DNA from: Nitrospira japonica
Lineage (GTDB): Bacteria > Nitrospirota > Thermodesulfovibrionia > Thermodesulfovibrionales > SM23-35
Reading direction: 5' to 3'
Assembly: GCA_020725385.1 (NCBI GenBank)
Contig: DYFC01000032.1
Location: forward strand, 32,001-96,000
Length of the DNA: 64,000 bases
The translations under genes were made by a program, and so were the position numbers. The notes beneath the pieces were generated by a model, which was not told where the DNA came from, ran no database searches, and was given only the letters and a program-made list of their open reading frames with translations. Shown piece after piece: positions 57,862 to 64,000 of this stretch; position 1 is the first letter of the stretch, and each line of letters opens with the position of its first letter.

Positions 57862-58209
57862 TTAGGGCTCGTTCAGGTTTCTTTTCTCCAGAGAAGCCCT
57901 GTAAGGCATATATTTTTTATTCTTATCAATACTCATTACTTTGATTCTATCCGGTATGATGAAGCCTTCTTCAGAAGGTTGAGTTGTAGTAATTTTTGCG
58001 AAAGATAGAATATTCGTTCTTTCTGCAAGAAGAAGTTTTCTTTCCCTTAAAGCATTCGTCTTTTTATTTTCTAATTCACCAATGCTATATTCAAGTTTGA
58101 GAAAATCGGAACGTAATTTAACTATACCAAACACACATAGTACGAGGAGAATTACAAGAAAACTTTTAAGCATAAAAGATAGGAATCCGGATCTTTTTCT
58201 TCGCATCAT
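57862..58209 (-). CDS. ftsL: FtsL-like cell division protein
   Basis: Single TM plus coiled coil, between rsmH and ftsI. Confidence 0.7.
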   Translation of the reverse strand: MMRRKRSGFLSFMLKSFLVILLVLCVFGIVKLRSDFLKLEYSIGELENKKTNALRERKLLLAERTNILSFAKITTTQPSEEGFIIPDRIKVMSIDKNKKYMPYRASLEKRNLNEP

Positions 58210-59081
58210 ATTTTCTCCGCAACCCTTAATTTTGCACTTCTTGAAGCAGGATTCATTTCAATTTCTTCTAAAGAAGCTGTTACGGGTTTTTTAGTTATTT
58301 TTCTAAAAGTTTCTTTTTTTACTTTATCTGCTATAAACTGTTTTACAATTCTGTCTTCGAGAGAATGATATGAAATTACACATAATCTACCTGTTCTTTT
58401 CAGAAGACTCTCTGCAGCGCATAGGCCTGCATTTAAATTTTCGAGTTCTTTGTTTACTTCAATTCTTAAGGCCTGAAAAGTTTTCGTAGCAGGATGTATT
58501 TTCCCTCTTTTTCTATATACACTTTCCACAATTTTCGCGAGTTCCGCACATGTATCAATCGGACTTCTTTCTCTATTTTTTACTATTAATCGTGCTATCT
58601 TGCGCGAATGTCTTTCTTCTCCATATTCCCAGAGAATCCTGCTTAAATCTTTTTCAGAATAATTATTAATTACATCCCATGCAGATAGTATCTGTGTCAT
58701 ATCCATTCTCATATCCAGTTTTTCATCAGATGAAAAACTGAACCCCCTTTCAGCATCTTTCATCTGAATCATTGAAATACCGAGGTCAAATAATATTCCA
58801 TCAACTTCAGAGATGCCTTCTTCAAGAAGGATATTCCCCATATCTTTAAAATTCCCCCTTCTCAAAATGACCCTGCTGTCAGAAAATTTTTTAGCTGCAA
58901 ATTCGATTGCTCTAATATCTTTATCTATGCCTATTAATTTTCCCTTGCTATTAAGATGCTTCAAAATAAGCTCTGAATGACCGCCGGGTCCTAATGTAGC
59001 ATCAACATAAACTCCGTCTTTTTTAATTTTTAAAGCATCTAAAACTTCTCTATGCAAAACAGGAAAATGTACTTTCTCCAT
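58206..59081 (-). CDS. rsmH: 16S rRNA m4C1402 methyltransferase
   Basis: DATLGPGGHS, DLGIS, FQALRIEVN, SYHSLEDR and RSAKLR motifs. Confidence 0.98.
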   Translation of the reverse strand: MEKVHFPVLHREVLDALKIKKDGVYVDATLGPGGHSELILKHLNSKGKLIGIDKDIRAIEFAAKKFSDSRVILRRGNFKDMGNILLEEGISEVDGILFDLGISMIQMKDAERGFSFSSDEKLDMRMDMTQILSAWDVINNYSEKDLSRILWEYGEERHSRKIARLIVKNRERSPIDTCAELAKIVESVYRKRGKIHPATKTFQALRIEVNKELENLNAGLCAAESLLKRTGRLCVISYHSLEDRIVKQFIADKVKKETFRKITKKPVTASLEEIEMNPASRSAKLRVAEKI

Positions 59082-59092
59082 AAAAATAATAT

Positions 59093-59557
59093 CTATATTT
59101 CATACGACGACAGCCTCTCTGCATATGCTTTCCAGTCAATTTTTGCAGGATCAAATGAATTGTTCCATGAATCTCTGTCCCATAGTTCTATTTTTTCTAT
59201 TTGACCTGCAATAACTACATCGGAATTCAGTCCTGCATCTTCACGTAAAGAAGCGGGAACCAAGATTCTTCCTTGTTTATCCATTTCTGTTTCAACTGCT
59301 GATGCGACAACTCTTCTTAAATAGTAACGTACTGCTTCATCAGAACGTGGTTTAGAACGGATATTTTCGAGGTGTTTGTTCCATTCCTCAAGTGGATAAA
59401 TTAATAAACAGGCATCAAAAGGAGCATTTGTAATATATAATTTAGTGCTATAATTACTTGTAATAATTTCTCTGAAAGGAGCCGGTATAATTAATCTGCC
59501 CTTTTGGTCTAATGTGTAATAATATTTTCCAGAGAAAGATGGCACTTTTCCCTCCAC
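59093..59557 (-). CDS. mraZ: Transcriptional regulator MraZ (true start possibly GTG 59545)
   Basis: Two DxKGR/DxQGR motifs and IELWD. Confidence 0.96.
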   Translation of the reverse strand: MEGKVPSFSGKYYYTLDQKGRLIIPAPFREIITSNYSTKLYITNAPFDACLLIYPLEEWNKHLENIRSKPRSDEAVRYYLRRVVASAVETEMDKQGRILVPASLREDAGLNSDVVIAGQIEKIELWDRDSWNNSFDPAKIDWKAYAERLSSYEI

Positions 59558-59578
59558 TTTTTACCACTTTCTACCACT
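59554..59578 (-). promoter_or_regulatory. MraZ-binding repeats
   Basis: GTGG repeated three times at 10-nt period (GTGGTAGAAAGTGGTAAAAAGTGG). Confidence 0.8.
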
Positions 59579-59580
59579 AA

Positions 59581-59609
59581 ATAATAATTTGATATAGAAA
59601 TATTGTCAA
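59581..59609 (-). promoter_or_regulatory. Sigma70 promoter of the dcw operon
   Basis: TTGACA-17 nt-TATTAT immediately upstream of the MraZ boxes. Confidence 0.75.
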
Positions 59610-59889
59610 GTAAAAAAATCATATTCCTATATTATGTATATGTTTATACCTATAACTACAATATGTTGGATATGTATATATAAATTAGACCAAAGAAATA
59701 AAATTGAGATTAGGTTGTGTAATGGTAATCTTTATTATGTTATTTTTTAACTTGTTTCTGAGGCAGCTGACATAACAAAATGCAAATGTGAAACAGTTCA
59801 AACTGTCCAAAAAGTTTTTATAGGTTTAATTAAAAACGTGAAATACAGGATTCCTCACATTTATTTGAAATGGCAGAAAAACTGTTCAT

Positions 59890-59990
59890 ACTTTACGTTT
59901 TCTATACTATTTACTTTTCGCTCTTTGTTCTATGCTCTCTGCTCTTCGCTATTTGCTCTTTGCTATTTGCTTGTTAGCTTGACTTCTTGG
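59890..59990. repeat. Degenerate heptamer array (TGCTCTT/TGCTATT)
   Basis: Reverse-complement family of AAGAGCA at ~28154; GCTTGTTAGCTTG matches 28097-28109 inverted. Confidence 0.7.
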
Positions 59991-60113
59991 AATTTTTGCA
60001 TCTTATTTTTCATATAATTTTTGTCTTGACAAAAAGATTTCTTACTTGATACTGTTATTTCAGGCTTTATTTTCCATTTATTAAAATCCAAAAACAAAGA
60101 GGGGGGTGATTAG

Positions 60114-60386
60114 ATGACAAAAGCTGAGTTAATCGACAAAATCGCAACGAGTACAGGTTTAACCAAAGCTGTTGCATCAAGGGCACTTGAAGCTACTTTA
60201 AATTCAATAAGAACTGCACTCAAAAAAGGACAAAAAGTTACTCTTATAGGTTTTGGCACTTTTTCAGTCACAAAAAGAAAATCCAGAAAAGGCCGCAATC
60301 CTCGTACCGGCGCTATTATTACAATTCCTGCTGCTAAGATACCAAAGTTTACAGCCGGAAAAGCTCTCAAAGACGCAATTAAATAA
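60114..60386 (+). CDS. hup: Histone-like DNA-binding protein HU
   Basis: MTKAELI, GFGTF, GRNPRTG and PKFTAGKALKDA motifs. Confidence 0.97.
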   Translation: MTKAELIDKIATSTGLTKAVASRALEATLNSIRTALKKGQKVTLIGFGTFSVTKRKSRKGRNPRTGAIITIPAAKIPKFTAGKALKDAIK

Positions 60387-60401
60387 TCATATTTATAATA
60401 A

Positions 60402-60433
60402 ATTAAAGGGGCAAATTGAATTGCCCCTTTAAT
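60402..60433 (+). terminator. Probable intrinsic terminator after hup
   Basis: ATTAAAGGGGCAA...TTGCCCCTTTAAT inverted repeat. Confidence 0.7.
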
Positions 60434-60474
60434 GGAATTTCTTTCATTAATCTATTTTTACAAAGGAGGTATTT

Positions 60475-60780
60475 ATGTTAGCGGAATTTAGTATAGTTCC
60501 GGTAGGCTCTGGTAGTAGTATTGGAACAAGACTTGCTGAAGTCCTTGATATTGTTGATTCAAGCGGAATACCATATAAAATCAATCCTATGGGTACTGTA
60601 GTTGAAGGTGAGTGGGATGATATTATGAAACTGATAAAAAAGTGTCACAAAACTGTAATGAAATCTGAAGAAAGAGCAGTAACAACTATTACAATTGATG
60701 ATCGTAAAGGAAAACCAAACAGGATAGAAGAAAAAGTAAAATCTATTGAGAAGAGGCTCGGTAAATCCCTCAAAAAGTAA
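60475..60780 (+). CDS. MTH1187 family thiamine-binding protein
   Basis: EFSIVPVG, PMGTVVEGEWD and IDDRK...KVKS pattern. Confidence 0.88.
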   Translation: MLAEFSIVPVGSGSSIGTRLAEVLDIVDSSGIPYKINPMGTVVEGEWDDIMKLIKKCHKTVMKSEERAVTTITIDDRKGKPNRIEEKVKSIEKRLGKSLKK

Positions 60781-60789
60781 GGAGGTCTT

Positions 60790-61887
60790 ATGTCTTCAAA
60801 AATAACCATTTCTGTGATCAAAGCCGATGTTGGTGGTTATGTAGGACACTCGAGTATTCATAATGATATAATCCAGACAGCAAAGGAAAAATTGAATAAT
60901 GCTATAGAACAGGATATCCTTATAGATTTTCATGTAACCCGGTGTGGAGATGATCTCGAGCTAATAATGACTCACAAATACGGAACAGATGCTCAGAATA
61001 TTCATAAACTCGCATGGAATACATTTGTTGCATGTACTGAAGTTGCGAAAGATTTAAAATTATATGGTGCCGGACAGGATCTTCTTTCAGATGCTTTTAC
61101 AGGAACAGTGAAAGGCATGGGTCCTGGAGTTGCAGAAATGGAATTTGAAGAAAGAAAAAGCGAGCCGATAATTATTTTTATGGCAGACAAAACTTCTCCG
61201 GGAGCATGGAATCTTCCTTTATATAAAATATTTGCAGACCCTTTCAATACAGCAGGACTTGTAATAGACACTGCAATGCATGAAGGCTTTATATTCGAAG
61301 TTCTTGACGTTTATAAACGCAGGAAAATAACTTTTAGTTGCCCGGAAGAATTATACAATCTATTAATGTTTATAGGTGCCCTACGAAGATTTATGATTAA
61401 AAGTGTTTACAGAAAAGATGGTGTGATTGCAGCTACAGCATCCACTCAAAAGCTCAGTCTTATTGCAGGCAAATACGTGGGCAAAGATGATCCTGTATTG
61501 ATCGTTCGTTGTCAGTCAGGTCTTCCTGCGATTGGCGAGGTTCTTGAACCATTTGCATTTCCGCATACAGTCGAGGGATGGATGCGGGGTTCACACAGAG
61601 GCCCGTTAATGCCGGTTGCCTTTTATGAAGCAAATCCTTCAAGATTTGATGGACCGCCAAGAGTTATCGCAGCAGGTTTCCAGTTATGTAACGGGAAACT
61701 CATAGGGCCAAGAGATCTTTTTGATGACCCTGCATTTGATGAAGCAAGAAGAAAAGCAAATGAAATTGCAAATTATTATAGACAGCATGGATCATTTGAA
61801 CCTCATAGACTCGGACTTGAAGATCTTGAATATACTACAATGGATAAACTTATGAAAAATCTCGAAAGCAGATTTATTCCTGAATAA
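60790..61887 (+). CDS. Bifunctional fructose-1,6-bisphosphate aldolase/phosphatase (class V FBPase)
   Basis: KADVGGYVGH, CGDD, LYGAGQDLL, DKTSPGAWN, YVGKDDP, GWMRGSH and RFDGPP motifs. Confidence 0.95.
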   Translation: MSSKITISVIKADVGGYVGHSSIHNDIIQTAKEKLNNAIEQDILIDFHVTRCGDDLELIMTHKYGTDAQNIHKLAWNTFVACTEVAKDLKLYGAGQDLLSDAFTGTVKGMGPGVAEMEFEERKSEPIIIFMADKTSPGAWNLPLYKIFADPFNTAGLVIDTAMHEGFIFEVLDVYKRRKITFSCPEELYNLLMFIGALRRFMIKSVYRKDGVIAATASTQKLSLIAGKYVGKDDPVLIVRCQSGLPAIGEVLEPFAFPHTVEGWMRGSHRGPLMPVAFYEANPSRFDGPPRVIAAGFQLCNGKLIGPRDLFDDPAFDEARRKANEIANYYRQHGSFEPHRLGLEDLEYTTMDKLMKNLESRFIPE

Positions 61888-64000
61888 TTCTTTTTACGAA
61901 TTCTTCTTCATCCATGCGTGTTTTTAATTTACCCTTAAGTTTTTCTTCTAACAATTGATTCAATATTTTTGAGTATATAGGACCTGGTTTTATCCCCAAG
62001 TTTTTCAGGTCATTGCCATTTAAAATTGTTTTAATATTTCTTAATTCTGTAAGATATCTTGAAATAATTTTTTGCTTTTTTCTATCTCTACAAATTGCCA
62101 TAAGATATAATATGATTTCTATGCTTAGATGTTTAAAGCAATTATAAATTTCAACAGGGTCATCGGAAGGGAATTTCTTCAAAATTTCTCTTGCATTGTT
62201 AATGCCTTTAATTATTAACTCCTTTATTTTTGAAGGTGGAGAAAGTCTCTCGATAGACGCTTCCAATTCTTCATTTGTAAGTCTTGAAAGCAAAACCATT
62301 AAATATAGCAAACTACTATCAGGTTTTTCATCAAGAAAAAGAAGTTTGAACCATGCTAAAGTTTCCTGAAGGGACTTTAACAGAGCTTCAAGTTCTTCAT
62401 TGAATATTAGACGATTATGTATAACTTTCAAAAGCCCGTAGTCAGAGAGTTTCTTCAAAGTATTCACAGGTTCGGTCTCTTTAAAAGAAAGCAAAAGTTC
62501 TTCATAAATTCTTGGACCTGAAAGCATATTGAAAAGATTCATCTCAAGAGCAGACTTAATCAGGTTTTCGGTATGCTTACTAATTTTGAAACCAAATCTT
62601 TGTGCAAATCTCACAGCTCTAAAAGCCCTTGTTGGATCCTCAATAAAACTCAGGTTATGTAGCACACGAATAGTTTTTTCTCTTAGATCTCTCTGACCAC
62701 CAAAAAAATCTATTAATATCCCGAAATCTTTTGAATTAAGTTTAATGGCAAGCGTATTGATAGTAAAGTCTCTTCTATATAGATCTTTTTTTATTGAAGA
62801 TGTTTCGACTTTTGGGAGTGCTGCGGGTGATTCATAATACTCGGTTCTTGCAGTAGCGACATCAAGTTTAAGCGCACTTGTGAATACCTGAGCGGTTCCG
62901 AATTTTTCATGCGTTCTAACTTTTGCTCCGAGAATTTCACCAAGTTTTTTTGCAAAAGCTATACCATCACCTTCAATAACAATATCAATATCGAGATTTT
63001 CTTCTCCCCTGAGCATGTCCCTGACCGAGCCTCCAACAAGATAGGCATTATAACGCAATTCATCGGCAACCTGTCCCGATAGTTTTAATAAATTATATAT
63101 TTCTGACGGAAATTTTTCTTTTAACCATGAAGATAAATTCCTGCCCATAGTTGGCTTCTCTTTAGTAATCGTTTCCTCTATTTTCCTCCTCCTTAGAAAT
63201 TCTTCGTAAAGAGTCCGAAGAAGATCGGTTCTTGTTATAGCACCTACAATTTTTTCTTTTTCTATAACAGGCATAAATCTCTGGTTCTGTTCAATCATTA
63301 GTGTTTCAATTTCTCTAATTGGAGTTCCGGGCTCCACTGTCATTGCATCTGTTGTTGAAAAATCAATGGCTTTGCTTTTTCCAAAACCATGAAATAATGC
63401 TTTTTCGACTATTTCACGCGCGATAAGGCCGGTATACTTACCTTCCTTAAGTATAGGAAGAACATTAACTCCATATCTTGTCATTACAGACTCTGCTTCT
63501 TTAATAGTCATATCATAAGGGATAGTTATGACAGGTCTTGTCATTATATCAGAAGCAACTTTTCCTGGTTGAACAGAAGCATTTAGAATATTTAGTATGC
63601 GTTCTTCAATAATCTCAAGAGAGGCTTCTTTAATGGTTGCAGATGCAGCGGTCGGGTGACCGCCTCCGCCAAATTCTGCCATAATAGAAGCCACATTCAA
63701 TTCCGGTACCCTGCTTCTTCCGACAACAAGAATTTTGCCTTCCATACTTAGAATAACGATTACTGCATCAATATCTTCCATATCCATTATCCTGTGTGCA
63801 AGATGGGCTGCATCACCTATGTAAAATTCCCTTGCTGCTTTTGCTATTTTTATTCTGATTCCTTTTATCACAATATCCTTTGATGACTGTAAAAGTTCAT
63901 TCAATATATCAAGTTCTTCGGTGCTTAATTCCATCTTTAAAAAATTCGCGGCTATATTTAAATTTGCCCCTCTTTTAAGAAGATAAGCTGCGGCAAGCAT
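61874..64000 (-). CDS. CCA/A-adding tRNA nucleotidyltransferase with DHHA1 and CBS domains (5' end outside window)
   Basis: GGGGHPTAAS (DHHA1), two CBS domains, VGGSVRD...DID, RRDFTIN and EDPTR motifs. Confidence 0.92.
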   Translation of the reverse strand: MLAAAYLLKRGANLNIAANFLKMELSTEELDILNELLQSSKDIVIKGIRIKIAKAAREFYIGDAAHLAHRIMDMEDIDAVIVILSMEGKILVVGRSRVPELNVASIMAEFGGGGHPTAASATIKEASLEIIEERILNILNASVQPGKVASDIMTRPVITIPYDMTIKEAESVMTRYGVNVLPILKEGKYTGLIAREIVEKALFHGFGKSKAIDFSTTDAMTVEPGTPIREIETLMIEQNQRFMPVIEKEKIVGAITRTDLLRTLYEEFLRRRKIEETITKEKPTMGRNLSSWLKEKFPSEIYNLLKLSGQVADELRYNAYLVGGSVRDMLRGEENLDIDIVIEGDGIAFAKKLGEILGAKVRTHEKFGTAQVFTSALKLDVATARTEYYESPAALPKVETSSIKKDLYRRDFTINTLAIKLNSKDFGILIDFFGGQRDLREKTIRVLHNLSFIEDPTRAFRAVRFAQRFGFKISKHTENLIKSALEMNLFNMLSGPRIYEELLLSFKETEPVNTLKKLSDYGLLKVIHNRLIFNEELEALLKSLQETLAWFKLLFLDEKPDSSLLYLMVLLSRLTNEELEASIERLSPPSKIKELIIKGINNAREILKKFPSDDPVEIYNCFKHLSIEIILYLMAICRDRKKQKIISRYLTELRNIKTILNGNDLKNLGIKPGPIYSKILNQLLEEKLKGKLKTRMDEEEFVKRIIQE

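Noticed and set aside
60790-61887. Archaeal-type FBP aldolase/phosphatase as a novelty
   Set aside because: Well known in anaerobic and deep-branching bacteria; listed as a feature only.

Overview
AT-rich bacterial chromosomal window. A Nitrospirota/Thermodesulfovibrio-like anaerobe is my impression from gene content only. Housekeeping blocks: acyl-CoA ligase-ACP-PlsC fusion, USP + P-type ATPase, sufC/sufBD-like pair, rho, rpmH-rnpA-yidD-yidC-mnmE-(tRNA-Leu)-rsmG, queF, trpCF, a complete dcw cluster (mraZ to ftsZ), hup, FBP aldolase/phosphatase and a CCA-type nucleotidyltransferase. An accessory region at ~7.6-24.3 kb carries a minus-strand type III-C CRISPR-Cas locus: cas6, four-helix-bundle gene, 26-codon csm1-like remnant, cmr1, cmr6, cas10, cmr4, cmr5, cmr3-like, 2TM-DUF5919-like gene, reverse transcriptase, cas1, cas2 and a 37-bp-repeat array. 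The most striking observation is a four-helix-bundle (23S-IVS/Avd-like) protein gene inside the CRISPR array. It sits in a 455-bp cassette bounded by imperfect inverted repeats and a 25-bp duplication of the repeat that keeps the predicted Cas6 hairpin and 8-nt handle, and a truncated second copy of the cassette end abuts the last repeat. Also found: a SAM-I/IV riboswitch with its own promoter and terminator controlling an orphan gene, a full-length but catalytically degenerate glycogen phosphorylase, and dispersed heptamer-periodic tracts. All calls come from reading the sequence; no searches were run.
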